A stretch of DNA of 64,000 nucleotides from an uncultured Candidatus Saccharibacteria bacterium. Its GTDB lineage: Bacteria; Patescibacteriota; Minisyncoccia; Portnoybacterales; UBA2143. The DNA lies in NCBI GenBank assembly GCA_964403725.1, contig CAYOHI010000005.1:3368-67367 (forward strand). Reading direction: 5' to 3'. Below are positions 8,913-20,100 of this stretch, one piece after another; the first letter of the stretch is position 1; each line of letters opens with the position of its first letter. The position numbers were made by a program, and so were the translations under genes. The notes under the pieces are model-generated. The model saw only the letters and a program-made list of their open reading frames with translations, ran no database searches and was not told the DNA's origin.

Positions 8913-10007
8913 TTAATTTGTACTACAACACTCAACAACAGCTAATTCCAAAGGAAGTTGCTGGAAATCAGCTGATTTAACCTCATTTTCAGCATTAACA
9001 AACAAATGAATAATTTCAATCAATTCCTTTGAATCTAACTTTTCTCCCATCTCCCTTATACCCTCCACTTGTTCTTTTGTCAACTCAGCTGTTACTAATT
9101 TAGATAAAGATGAATCAACTTTTAAAATCATCATTTTTCTAAAGTAGCTTATTAATGATTTGGTAAATTGAACCAAATCATATCCCTGATTGGCAACTTG
9201 ATTGATATGCGAGATGGCTTTGCCTGATTCTTTGTTAATTAAAAAATTAACTAGATCAGAAACTGCTTTAATGTCTGTTACTCCTAAAATAGTCTGGACT
9301 TCTTCTAGAGTAATATTCTTATCCTCCATAGACATAATCTGGCCCAAGAGGCTTTCTCCGTCTCTAACTGAACCATCGGCATTGACAGCAATCAATTCTA
9401 AGGCAGATTTTTCAATCTTTACCTTTTCTTTTCCTGTTATCCAGTCAAGTCTTTCTACGATCTTATCCAAAGTCAATTTATGGAAATCAAATTTCTGGCA
9501 TCTAGATATTATGGTCTGAGGAACTTTATGAATTTCAGTAGTAGCTAAGATGAAAATTGCATGAGCTGGAGGCTCTTCCAGGGTCTTTAAAAGCGCATTA
9601 AAAGCTTCTCTAGTCAGCATGTGAATTTCATCGATTATAAAGACCTTGTATTTTAAAGAATTAGGACTGAATTTAATACCATCTCTTAATTCCCTAATTT
9701 CATCGATACCTCTGTTTGAAGCAGCGTCAATTTCAACTAAATCCAAAGATTTGTTTTCATTGATCTCATTACAGGCATTACACTTATTACAAGGCTCCGA
9801 TTCTTTCCTATTAGTACAGTTAACAGCCTTAGCTAATAGTCTGGCTATGGTTGTCTTACCAGTTCCTCTGACACCGGTAAAAAGATAGGCGTGAGCCACC
9901 TTATCTAATTTCAAAGCATTAATCAAGGTTTTTTTAATATGATCTTGATTAGCCACTTCACCAAATGTCTTTGGCCTATATTTCCTATACAAAACTAGAT
10001 TTGCCAT
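8913..10007 (-). CDS. dnaX: DNA polymerase III subunit gamma/tau (short form)
   Basis: LYRKYRP, GVRGTGKTT, EIDAASNRG, DEIHML, NALLKTLEEPP and SRCQ motifs. Confidence 0.97.
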   Translation of the reverse strand: MANLVLYRKYRPKTFGEVANQDHIKKTLINALKLDKVAHAYLFTGVRGTGKTTIARLLAKAVNCTNRKESEPCNKCNACNEINENKSLDLVEIDAASNRGIDEIRELRDGIKFSPNSLKYKVFIIDEIHMLTREAFNALLKTLEEPPAHAIFILATTEIHKVPQTIISRCQKFDFHKLTLDKIVERLDWITGKEKVKIEKSALELIAVNADGSVRDGESLLGQIMSMEDKNITLEEVQTILGVTDIKAVSDLVNFLINKESGKAISHINQVANQGYDLVQFTKSLISYFRKMMILKVDSSLSKLVTAELTKEQVEGIREMGEKLDSKELIEIIHLFVNAENEVKSADFQQLPLELAVVECCSTN

Positions 10008-10121
10008 ACATTTTTAGTATATCACAAAGAATTAAAAATTAAAGCGTTTAACTTGACGACATCCAATTAATATTCTATAAAGAGGGTAACAATAACACGG
10101 TTAAAGGGGAGGAGAAAAGTT

Positions 10122-10514
10122 ATGGAATGCTCATTACAAACCTGCGATGGCAAAATCAACCTTAGAAAAAAGGTCGAAACTAGAGTAAACGGAAGAGAAA
10201 TTGAAGGGTTTGCTTGTAAGGACTGTGGCTGTATTCACAGAACCGTCCCTGTAAAGGATACAAACGATGGAATCGCTTTCCTCGATAACGGAGGAGTTGT
10301 TTTCAAATCACAGTGCCCCGCCTACGGATGCCCTGGAGTGATCAGCACCAGAAAAGTGGTAACTGTTCCGCTCGAGAGCGGTGAACAAAAAGGTAGTCCG
10401 TGTAGTGTCTGTCGGATAATTTGGCGAGGTAGCGAGCCTATTCATGATGACAAATATCAAACTGCTATACTCGGCGAACATGAACAAATTGATTTCCGAG
10501 CTCCCATTCGATAG
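10122..10514 (+). CDS. Hypothetical Cys-rich protein with two internal Zn-ribbon-like repeats
   Basis: C..C.G.I..RK.V......E..G..C..C..I occurs twice; strong SD GGGGAGG. Confidence 0.7.
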   Translation: MECSLQTCDGKINLRKKVETRVNGREIEGFACKDCGCIHRTVPVKDTNDGIAFLDNGGVVFKSQCPAYGCPGVISTRKVVTVPLESGEQKGSPCSVCRIIWRGSEPIHDDKYQTAILGEHEQIDFRAPIR

Positions 10515-10542
10515 TCTATCTCCTCTCTTGACCTGTGAATTT

Positions 10543-10577
10543 AAAAGGCCACCAATTGAAAAAATTGGCGGCCTTTT
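10543..10577. terminator. Bidirectional intrinsic terminator between convergent genes
   Basis: aaaaggcc-a-ccaatt ... aattgg-c-ggcctttt. Confidence 0.75.
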
Positions 10578-10594
10578 ACGTTATCTGAATTTCC

Positions 10595-11209
10595 CTACTT
10601 TTTAAACACAAACATCTTGTATCCGATAAAATTCCAACCCATGGCTACCATCGATGCTACTATGGCCCCGATGTTACCCCATTGTCCAGCATTCAATCCA
10701 AATTGCGGTCCTACTAAATTAACAATACCTGAAGCCACTATATTGTTAACTATAAGCCCAACAACACTAACCAAGAAAAAAGTTAAAAATTGCTTGCCTG
10801 TATCTTTCTCCTTGCTGCTAAAAGCCCAATTCTTGTTGAATAAGTAACTGTTAATATTAGCAACCAAAAAGGAAATTCCTTTAAAAACTGAATACCAATA
10901 CCCTACTGCTATTCCTGAGAAAAATATTAATAAATTCAAAATTCCAATATCAACCAAGAAATTAAAACCACCTACCAGGACGAATTTACCAAATTGAAAA
11001 AGGGATTCTTTTTTCTGACTAATAAGGGAGATTAATTTAATCCAAATTAGGCAAAAAATGGGAAAGAATATTGGCAGAATCCAATACAGATGGCCTTGCT
11101 TAATAAATTCAACATTCAATTCCAAATTATTAACCATTAGAATTAGCAACCAAGCTGATATCTCGCCTATAAAAAACGTTATTAACCAATCTTTTTTAGT
11201 TAATTGCAT
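10595..11209 (-). CDS. GtrA family membrane protein
   Basis: QFGKFVLVGGFNFLVD, NSYLFNKNWAF and WNFIGYKMFVF motifs. Confidence 0.9.
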   Translation of the reverse strand: MQLTKKDWLITFFIGEISAWLLILMVNNLELNVEFIKQGHLYWILPIFFPIFCLIWIKLISLISQKKESLFQFGKFVLVGGFNFLVDIGILNLLIFFSGIAVGYWYSVFKGISFLVANINSYLFNKNWAFSSKEKDTGKQFLTFFLVSVVGLIVNNIVASGIVNLVGPQFGLNAGQWGNIGAIVASMVAMGWNFIGYKMFVFKK

Positions 11210-11211
11210 AT

Positions 11212-13818
11212 TTAAAACTCTGGAGCTTTTTCAATTTCAAGCCCAAGTCCTTTCTTAAGTATTAATGTATCTCTTCTTTTTAATTTGTTTTCTAATAATA
11301 AAGTAGCTGCCTGGTTTTCAACAATATCCTGAATTACTCTTTTTAAAGGCCTAGCTCCATACAAGGGATCGTATCCCTTTTGAGCCAATTCCTCAACAGC
11401 ATCTTCTTCTGATTTAAAGAAAATTCCCTTTTCCTCCAATTTCTTTTTAAAACCATTTAAAAATAGTTTAGTAATTTTGTTCATATTATCCATACTCAAA
11501 GCCTTAAACAAAACAATTTTATCAAATCTGTTTAAAAATTCAGGCTTAAAGTATTCCAACAGGACAGTTTGCTTTAACTCCTTGTCGATTTCCTCATAAG
11601 TCGATCCACCACTAATTTTCTTCTGGACGAAATGAGTGCCGGCATTGGAGGTGGCGATAATGATGGTATTGGTAAAATTAATAGTTTCTCCTGAAATATC
11701 AGTCAATCTTCCGTCATCCATAACTTGTAAGAATAGGTTTAGAATATCCGGATGGGCTTTTTCAATTTCATCTAAAAGAATCATGGAATATGGCTGTCTT
11801 TTAACAGCCTCTGTTAAATACCCCTTATTAGTATCACTCTCAGTCCTCGAACCAATTAATCTTCTCAATCCTCTTTTTTCTTGGTATTCAGACATGTCTA
11901 AGCGAATCATTCTTTTTTCATTGCCGAAATACACTCTGGCTAATGATTTAGCTGTCTCAGTTTTACCCACGCCAGTTGGCCCCACAAAAAGAAAATTAGC
12001 AATTGGTTTTTTCCTGCCTTGTAATTCCAATCTTGAGCGCCTCATGGCATCAGCAATGCCTTTAACTGCTTCTTCTTGGTTAATTACCCTTTTATGGATT
12101 AAATTTTCTAAATTAAGTAATTTTTCTTTTTCTGTTTCTTCAATTTCCCCCAAAGGAACTTTTGTTTTTTCTGTAACCAATTCAATAATATCGCTGTCTT
12201 TGATATAGGCTCCGGCCCCCATCTGTCCTCTAACCTTGTGACCTGCTTCAGTTAACAAATCCATGGCCTTAGCTGGCAAAGCTTTGCCATAGACATATCG
12301 GTCAGCCAAATTAATAGCTTGTTCTAAAGCATCAGCTGAAAAGAAAATATTTAATTCTTTTTCAATAACATATATTTTAGTAATCAAGATTTGCCATAGA
12401 ATATTCTCTGGTGGCAAAGGCACATTAACCCGACTAAGAGATCTGCCTAAAATTTTACCTTCAATTTTAGAAGCATAATTATCAGCTGTAGTTGTGCCGA
12501 TGAAATAGAAGGCACGTTTATCTAAAGCTGATGATAAGATTTCTGACATATCAATACCTCCAGCTTGGGTTTTGAGACCTGATAGACTATCAATATTTTC
12601 AACTACTAAAACAATATTACCCGCTCTATTAACTTCAAAAACAATCTGTTTTAAATATTCTTCACCTTTTTCTCTAGCGCCGTCTAAACTGACAAGACTT
12701 CCTAAATCAAGCTCAACTAATCTTTTATCCTTTAAAAACTTAGGCACATTCTCCGTAACCATCATCTGAGCTAACTTTTTCAAAATTGCTTTTTTGCCAA
12801 TAGCACTTTCACCAACCAGAACTACGCCAATTTTGCCAGCACTAAAGAAATTAAAGGTGTCGCTAATTTCTTTTTGTCTGCCCATAACAATCTCAAATTG
12901 ACCTTGTCTCGCCAAATATGTCAAATCCCGACTAACCTTATCAAGTGTTGGCGTTAAAACAGCCGTCATAGTTCTATTCAATTTTCCTTTAGGTTTGAAA
13001 AATCTTCGCCAAGAAAAAGACTTTTCGTTCTTTTTAATTTCTCTTTCTAATTGAGACCATATAACGACTTTTTCAATTTCCTCGGGTCTAATTCCAAATT
13101 CATCAAAAATCATGCCAACCAAATTTCTTTGTTGACTAATAGCCCAAAGCAAATCCAAAGCCCCAATTTGACTCTCTTGTTTTTCTAAACAAAATCTATA
13201 CGCATCAACAAATATTTCTTTGAAATCTGAGGCCATTTTAGGACCTAGAAAAGCCACTCCTTTGTCATCCACAAAAAATGAAGAATTCTCTAAAATGCTT
13301 TTAGTTTTTTGATTAACAAGATTAGGATCACAATCTAATCTCTTAAGAATTTTTTTAAAATTCTTTTGTTTTAAAAATGAATTAAAAAGATGGATTGGCC
13401 TTAGTGAGCGATATCCTTTACGATAAGCAAAAAGCCAAGCTCTTTCTAAAGATTTCTGAGCTGAGTTATTCAAAAACAAAGAAACATCAGTTTCTTCCTT
13501 AAACACTTTAATCCTATCAATCCTCTCTTTCTTCCTTTCTAGAATATAGATAAGAAACATGTCAGTTAAAAGAGAAAGATAAAAAACAGCATCATAGCCA
13601 ATTAATAAGGCCCATAAACCATAAATTCCAAAGATTATTAAAAAGAAAAAAAGAACCCAACTTAAAACTCTTCTCAATTTCCTTTGAGTTATTCTCAATA
13701 AATTCAAATGAGGGTTGAAATATAAGTTTGGTTCCATGATTAAAATAGTAATTTCCAAATAGTGAATATTGGTAAAGTAACCCAGGCAAACAGAATAAAA
13801 ACCCAAAGCAAAGCCCAA
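11212..13818 (-). CDS. Clp/Hsp100 AAA+ ATPase with N-terminal TM segments (true start probably MEPNLYF near 13737)
   Basis: D2 has GPTGVGKTE, RLDMSEY, LLDEIEKAHP and YGARPL; D1 Walker A is altered (GESAIGKK); hydrophobic N-terminus. Confidence 0.9.
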   Translation of the reverse strand: MGFALGFYSVCLGYFTNIHYLEITILIMEPNLYFNPHLNLLRITQRKLRRVLSWVLFFFLIIFGIYGLWALLIGYDAVFYLSLLTDMFLIYILERKKERIDRIKVFKEETDVSLFLNNSAQKSLERAWLFAYRKGYRSLRPIHLFNSFLKQKNFKKILKRLDCDPNLVNQKTKSILENSSFFVDDKGVAFLGPKMASDFKEIFVDAYRFCLEKQESQIGALDLLWAISQQRNLVGMIFDEFGIRPEEIEKVVIWSQLEREIKKNEKSFSWRRFFKPKGKLNRTMTAVLTPTLDKVSRDLTYLARQGQFEIVMGRQKEISDTFNFFSAGKIGVVLVGESAIGKKAILKKLAQMMVTENVPKFLKDKRLVELDLGSLVSLDGAREKGEEYLKQIVFEVNRAGNIVLVVENIDSLSGLKTQAGGIDMSEILSSALDKRAFYFIGTTTADNYASKIEGKILGRSLSRVNVPLPPENILWQILITKIYVIEKELNIFFSADALEQAINLADRYVYGKALPAKAMDLLTEAGHKVRGQMGAGAYIKDSDIIELVTEKTKVPLGEIEETEKEKLLNLENLIHKRVINQEEAVKGIADAMRRSRLELQGRKKPIANFLFVGPTGVGKTETAKSLARVYFGNEKRMIRLDMSEYQEKRGLRRLIGSRTESDTNKGYLTEAVKRQPYSMILLDEIEKAHPDILNLFLQVMDDGRLTDISGETINFTNTIIIATSNAGTHFVQKKISGGSTYEEIDKELKQTVLLEYFKPEFLNRFDKIVLFKALSMDNMNKITKLFLNGFKKKLEEKGIFFKSEEDAVEELAQKGYDPLYGARPLKRVIQDIVENQAATLLLENKLKRRDTLILKKGLGLEIEKAPEF

Positions 13819-14090
13819 AGAAACATTAAAAACAAACGAAAAACAAGATGAATAAAATGACTGGCCAAACTTAAGACATATGCATCCCAGCCCTTTTGGC
13901 CATACATAGGTTTAAAGAAATTTTTAATAAAGATTACTAGAGCCAAATTCTGCCAACCATCTTTAATCCTTAAAAAACAAAAAAGAGCCGCTTTTTTTAA
14001 ACCACGACTATACCACCAAACTGGAAAATACAAAACTTCAACAACTGTGTCTAAGAATAAATCTTTTAAAATTATCTTGTAACTTCCCAT
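13740..14090 (-). CDS. Small membrane protein (YFPVWWYSRG motif)
   Basis: Trp-rich hydrophobic ORF abutting both neighbours. Confidence 0.75.
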   Translation of the reverse strand: MGSYKIILKDLFLDTVVEVLYFPVWWYSRGLKKAALFCFLRIKDGWQNLALVIFIKNFFKPMYGQKGWDAYVLSLASHFIHLVFRLFLMFLWALLWVFILFAWVTLPIFTIWKLLF

Positions 14091-16574
14091 CTATTTCACC
14101 TCCATATTTGGGTTAGCTGACTGAATTGGAGCAGCTGTTTTGTACCTAGTAGCAATTTCTTGTTCAACTACTGCCTTATCCCGACCGTACTTTAACCGAG
14201 CCAATTCTTTAATAGCTTGGGCTACTTCCGGAAAACCTTTTTCAGGCGGATAGGTCGCAATATTGAATGGCGTAGAAGTCTGATTATTAATTATTAATTT
14301 AACATGAGCATTAAAATTATCAACATTAATTAAGTCATTAGCACCAAAAACAGGTTCGAATTGCTTAATCAAAAATTCAGCATCTTCAGCCCCCACTCTA
14401 AAAGCAACTTGAGAACCTACATTGCCAAACACAGCTTCTTTAATATTATCTGACAATTGACCAATGAACTGATGAGCAGCAATTAAGCTTAACCTATATT
14501 TCCTAGCCTCAGAGAGAATAGTCGAAATACTATCCGTTGAAAAGTTCTGGAATTCATCCATGTATAGATAGAAATCTTGACGCTGCTCTTCAGGCATATC
14601 TACTCTTGAAAAAGCAGCCATTAAAAGCTTGCCTGTAACAATCATGCCTAAAAGACTACTATTAATATCCCCTAACCTTCCTTTGCTTAGATTAACTAAC
14701 AAAATCTTACGCTCGTCCATGATTTTCCTAAAATCAAGAGAGCTTTTAGCCTGACTAACAATCGGCCTCATATAGTCATTGGAAATGAAAATACTGAATT
14801 TAGAAGTAATGTATGGCACCATATTCTGTAAAGAAGCATCGCCTCCTGCTTTAGCAGCTTCTTTTTCCCAGAAATTCTTAACTACCATACTTTGGCATTT
14901 AGCTAACAACTTAGCCCGATATTCTTTATCAGCTAGAACCTTAGGAACTTCCAATAAGGTAACATCTTCACTAGGATCATCCATTAAAAGCAATAAAGCA
15001 TTGCGAGTATATTGTTCGAACATTGGTCCGCCAGTATTCTTTAAATCATACAATCTATCAAAGATGCTCATCAATTCGTTAACGGCAAAAGTTTTTTGCT
15101 CTGGATATTTAGTGTCATATTCCAGCATATTTAAAGCCAGAGGTCTTTCTAAATCAGAGGGATCAACTAGAACGACATCTTCAACTCTTTCTCTTGGAAT
15201 TAATTCCATAATTTTATCTATCTCACCATGTGGATCCAAAACGCCAATACCTTTACCTGCCCTAATATCTTGAACAATGAGATTGCGCAAGAAAGCTGAT
15301 TTACCAGTTCCCGTTTGTCCAACAATGTATAGATGGCGACGGCGATCATTATCTGTCATTCGAACAACTGATTCGACTCCTCGGTAAACATTTTTGCCTA
15401 GAATAATGCCTTCTTGAGGCATGTTAGCCGGCAAATCAGCTGACTGAGATTTCATGAATTTAACTTTAGGCGTATTAACAGTAATGCTTGGAAAATGGAA
15501 AAGACTGGTTAATTCTTCAGTATTTAAGATGGTTGATTGTTTTCTATTGAATAATCTGAAAGAAAAGTCATAAATTAATTTCTTTAAATTAGATCCTTTG
15601 AGACGAATTGATTTTATTTGATTCAAACTAGGTGCATTAAACTGAACAAAGGCACTTTCCAAATGTCCAAGTATTTGATCGGCTTTTTCTTGGTCTTCCG
15701 AAGAAACTAATAATCTAATATTAACTTCAAACCCAGGTTTACTAGCCTTATTTTCAAGTGATTTTATAATTTCTTCCTGTAAAGGAGTCAAAGAAATATT
15801 ATTTAATTTTTCTTTGTCTTTGTCTTTTTGGGAAGTTCCTTTAACTGCAAGCTCAACATTTTTTCTGACTATTCCCTTGCTAGCTTCTGAATTAGCTGCT
15901 CCAAAATCTTTACCACCTTGCATTTCTTTAGCGATTCTCAAACCCTGTTTAGCCCAGTTTTTAGACTGAGTGGGTTTAATAACGATCTGAATTGAAGCAC
16001 CTTCGCCTTCTTGCTGTAATTTAGACAAAGTATTAGTAATTTCATTCAATGGATCCATTTCCAGACTCTGATATGTTTTAAAAGGCAAAGAATAGGTTTT
16101 GGCTAGTCTTAAATATGAGCCAGCCACTACCCCTTTAGGATTAAAAATATTGTAATCATTTACTTTTTCAACTGAAGCTTCAGAATAGAAACCATGGACT
16201 TGTTTTTCAACAACTGTCTCATATTTGCGAGGTATGGACATATAGAAAGATATTTCTTCTCCTATTTGTGGTGTAGCAATTTCAAAAACAATATGCGGCT
16301 GGCCGTAAAAAAAGGTATCTTTAGTTTCCTTAATATTACTGAGACTACTATAGAATTGTTCCATAACTGAAATGATTTCTTTTTCGCTTTTGGCAGTCTC
16401 ACCTTCTTCTTTTTTATTTTTCTTAGGCAAAGTAATTAAAAACAAACTCATATTCAAAGAGCGGGTTACCTGGCCTCTTTTTTTACGAGCCATAACAAAC
16501 ATCAAAGCGCCTACTCCAATAATTCCAAGAGCAAGTAAAACAACGATACCTATTAGTATTTGATTTAAGTCCAT
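14091..16574 (-). CDS. VirD4/TraG/TraD-like (HerA-FtsK superfamily) coupling ATPase with N-terminal TM anchor
   Basis: DRRRHLYIVGQTGTGKS, LDPHG, YLYMDEFQNF, SEARKYRL, AHQFIGQL and GNVGS motifs. Confidence 0.9.
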   Translation of the reverse strand: MDLNQILIGIVVLLALGIIGVGALMFVMARKKRGQVTRSLNMSLFLITLPKKNKKEEGETAKSEKEIISVMEQFYSSLSNIKETKDTFFYGQPHIVFEIATPQIGEEISFYMSIPRKYETVVEKQVHGFYSEASVEKVNDYNIFNPKGVVAGSYLRLAKTYSLPFKTYQSLEMDPLNEITNTLSKLQQEGEGASIQIVIKPTQSKNWAKQGLRIAKEMQGGKDFGAANSEASKGIVRKNVELAVKGTSQKDKDKEKLNNISLTPLQEEIIKSLENKASKPGFEVNIRLLVSSEDQEKADQILGHLESAFVQFNAPSLNQIKSIRLKGSNLKKLIYDFSFRLFNRKQSTILNTEELTSLFHFPSITVNTPKVKFMKSQSADLPANMPQEGIILGKNVYRGVESVVRMTDNDRRRHLYIVGQTGTGKSAFLRNLIVQDIRAGKGIGVLDPHGEIDKIMELIPRERVEDVVLVDPSDLERPLALNMLEYDTKYPEQKTFAVNELMSIFDRLYDLKNTGGPMFEQYTRNALLLLMDDPSEDVTLLEVPKVLADKEYRAKLLAKCQSMVVKNFWEKEAAKAGGDASLQNMVPYITSKFSIFISNDYMRPIVSQAKSSLDFRKIMDERKILLVNLSKGRLGDINSSLLGMIVTGKLLMAAFSRVDMPEEQRQDFYLYMDEFQNFSTDSISTILSEARKYRLSLIAAHQFIGQLSDNIKEAVFGNVGSQVAFRVGAEDAEFLIKQFEPVFGANDLINVDNFNAHVKLIINNQTSTPFNIATYPPEKGFPEVAQAIKELARLKYGRDKAVVEQEIATRYKTAAPIQSANPNMEVK

Positions 16575-16584
16575 ATGTTACCCC

Positions 16585-17019
16585 CTATTTTTGTTCCAGT
16601 TTCTTTGCTTCAACTAATTTTTCGTAAAGATCATTAGTCAAGGCATCATGAAATTCATCCAAGATATATGGATTATTAGCTTTCTTAGCTTCCTCAATCG
16701 CTTCAGTTAGGCCTTTGTCAAAGGCTATTTGAGTTAACTGCTCAACCCGCTTTTTATCAGCTGGTTCCTCAGCTGGCTGAGTAGGCTTAGCTGGAGTAGC
16801 TGGGCTTGAATCAGCTACTGGCGCTGAAGCTGTTGGAGTAATTTCTTTAGCTGACTGAAGAACTTCTGGTTTAGACACTTCCTCAACCTTTTTTTCAGGC
16901 TGAATTGGAGCTTCTTTTTTTATTGGTGGAGCCTCTTGAGGTTGGCTTGGTTGTTCAGCTGCCGCAGCTGGCCCAACACCTTCCTCAATTGGTTCATGAT
17001 ATTTATCTCGTTCTGTCAT
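16585..17019 (-). CDS. Conserved-looking hypothetical protein with Pro-rich linker and C-terminal helical domain
   Basis: C-terminal AFDKGL.EAI..AK..NNPYILDEFHDAL. Confidence 0.75.
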   Translation of the reverse strand: MTERDKYHEPIEEGVGPAAAAEQPSQPQEAPPIKKEAPIQPEKKVEEVSKPEVLQSAKEITPTASAPVADSSPATPAKPTQPAEEPADKKRVEQLTQIAFDKGLTEAIEEAKKANNPYILDEFHDALTNDLYEKLVEAKKLEQK

Positions 17020-17075
17020 ATTATATATATTTTACCACAAAAATATGTTCTTAACCAAAAACTTATCCCCAAACA

Positions 17076-17099
17076 AAAAACCGTTACAAAACGGTTTTT
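17076..17099. terminator. Intrinsic terminator
   Basis: aaaaaccgtt-acaa-aacggttttt. Confidence 0.75.
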
Positions 17100-17125
17100 C
17101 TTGGAAATATGAAATTCTCTGAATT

Positions 17126-20100
17126 TTATTTAAAATCTCTCATTTGAACAATCATTTTCATAACAAATTTCTTAGCAGGTTCTACTCTATTTACGTCCGT
17201 TATGTCGTAAAGCTCATTAACTCTCTTAATTAATTCTAGTTTCTTTTTAATAATCCATTGACTTTCAGGAACTCTATTAGAATAGTATTCTACAAAATCA
17301 CTTGGTTTGATTTGACGATTAATTAGAAGATCCATTACTTTTTTAGGACTTTCATTGAATGTTTTCTCTATTATCCCTTGGACAGGATCAATACTTTCAT
17401 TTTGAACCTCTGGAGATTCTGGGAGTATAGTATCTTTCCAAAATGCATCTCTTTCATCCCACCATTCATCTGGGATTGGCTGAACCCTTGTTTTTGAAAC
17501 CTCTTCTGGAACGTCAAATTTTTCACTTATTTCTATATCATCATACCCAGCAACACTTTCTTCTAACCCTTTGGCATGGACAACTTTTTCCCAAGTTTCC
17601 AGCTTAATATTATTAACATACCTCAAGGCGCCTTTTTTCAGAGCCCCTTCATCCCAAAGCTCATCAGCATGACTATCTAATGTTTTTAAAACTTCATTAA
17701 ATTTAACATGGTCTTTAATTTCTAAAGTATTCTTTTTAGGATTCCAATTCACAGCCTCTGAAAGTTCACTGGCTTTAATTCCAATTGTATCCTTGCCTGA
17801 TAATATTCTAATTAAATTCTGTGAAATATTCAGGCTTTTAGCAGCATGTTTTTCAGTAAAATTACCAGCAGCATCTACAGGATTTTCCATGTTATTTATG
17901 GCAATCATTTGGAGAGTTCTTTCTAAATATTTAGGAGCTCCTTGTTTTCCTAATTCTAATGTAAAGTTTTCTTTAAGGCCTCTTTTACTTGATACTTCCT
18001 CTATATGCTCTCTTATTCTAGGTAATGATTCTTTTAGGCGGCTGATCATACGTTCTTTCATATTTCTAAGATTTTCTAAATGTTCTGAATCTATAGGCTT
18101 CCCTTCTGATCTCATCTTTAATAAACTGTTTATTTCCGAATCCACACGATTGTATTCTCTTTCAAGGTTTGCTAATCCAGATCCAAGATCGTTTCTCATT
18201 TCTCCTAAAGGAACTTCTCTAAGTAAAGCAAAGGCATTTCTAATTGTTTCTCTTTGTTCTGATGATTTTACTTCCCATTGCTCTTCATTTATCCTTAATC
18301 TTTCTCCTGCTTCCTTCATACCCTGCAAAAGTTCTTTAGTTCTATTAGATCCTTCATGTACAGGAGAAGTAATATCTTTTGAAGTAAAATACTGATCAGT
18401 AAATTCTCTTATGGCATAACCTGCTGTGGCAAAGCCAGCAGATATGAGGGCGCCTTTTACTGTTTCGCTAAGTAAATACTTCCCTTGTGATTTTTCTTTT
18501 TCTTTCTCTTTTTCTTCGGCAATTGATTTGAGTCTTCTCTCCTCGAATGGAATGATAATATCATCTTCATTTATTCTGACAAATCCTTTACTAAGAGTTT
18601 GCATTAAATCGTACTGTCTAGATATTCTCTCTTCGCTTTCGCCAAAATCAATTAGACCTCTTTCTAATTTATCCGTAAGCCAATCTGTACTCATTCGGAG
18701 TGATTTTTTATAGGCGAATAATTGTCCCGGAGTGAATTCTTTGCCCTGTTTTGTCTTGCCTTCTTCTAATTTTTGGATTGTTTTCTTGATCTTATTACTT
18801 ACCTTTTCAGCTTCTGAATATTTGCTAATTACTCCTTCTCTAATTGCTGATGCCTGCTCTTTTTCTAGGTCTTTTATTTTCTTCTTCTTTTCATTTATTT
18901 TAGATTTATCTAACCCTCCCTTCTCTATTTCAGCATTCAAGACTTTTATTCTATGGTTCCTTTTCCAGTATTCATCAACTTCATCCATTTTATCTCCTTT
19001 GCGAGACATTTTTTCTTTTTCTACGAGTGATTCTTTAGCTCTTTTCCTGGAAATGAAACCACCTAGACCTGCTGCTGCTAAAGGTAAACCAGCAAAACCA
19101 ATCATACTCATTGTCAAAGACCTGGCTGCAAAACCAGCTGCCATATACATTCCTCTTTCTGTAGCTATGTCTTTCATGGCATGAAGCCAGGCTTTTTTGT
19201 TTTCAGCATTAATTAATTGTTTTTCAACTTCAGGGTGAGTGTTTAAAAATTGATTTAAAGTAATCTTGTTTTCAATCTCACTTAAATCAAGCATTGCTTC
19301 TTTTCTGCCCAGCTCTGCTTCTTTGAGGTTTAATAGGTCTTTTTTGGTATTTTCAAATTTTTCCTTTGCTTTCTCATATTTCTTTCTCTCTTTGCTAGTG
19401 GCTGTAGAATATGACCATTCTTTAGGTATTCGGCTGAATTCAGTAGCAATCCTATTAAATGATTCGACTGTTTCTTTTTGTTCTGGATTTCCAGCAGTAG
19501 CATACTGTATTTCTAGCTTGCCATCTATGACTTCTACTTCTGGGCCAAATTCACTCATTCCTTTAGTTAATTGTTTTAAAATATCTCCATGTACTTCCAT
19601 TCCTCCTTCTTTAATTTCATTAGCTGTTTTCTTTTCTAATTTGACAATTTGATATTTTTTGCTAATACTGCGCCAAAATCTGCCTAGTAATTTTTGGTTT
19701 TTGGTTTTTGAGGTCTTCTTTATATTCCTTAACTGATTCTTCTTGGATTCTGCCTAAGATTAATTGTTTTAAGTTTTCTAAGACAAGTGATTTTTGACCT
19801 TCTGATAGATTATTGAAACCTTCAATATTTTCTAAATCGTTTTCGGAAATCCCAAACTCAGAAAAATCACCAGGTTTTTCTTTTGCAGATTTAGATGACT
19901 GTGGTTCTGATTCTGGCCCAGATTTAGACTCCGTAGGATTTTCTTCATTCTCTTCTTCCTGTTTTGGTTCACCTCTTCTTTCAGCTTCAGCTTCCTCTTC
20001 CTCGAATATATCGTTATATGCCCTTAATACTTCTTTTGGAAATTTGCTACGTAATCCTCTATTTATTTCCATTAACTTTCTTGCTTTTTCTTTTTCATCC

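Noticed and set aside
19662-19664. TAG readthrough or recoding joining the two large ORFs
   Set aside because: The ORFs are in different frames, so a frameshift rather than readthrough is needed.
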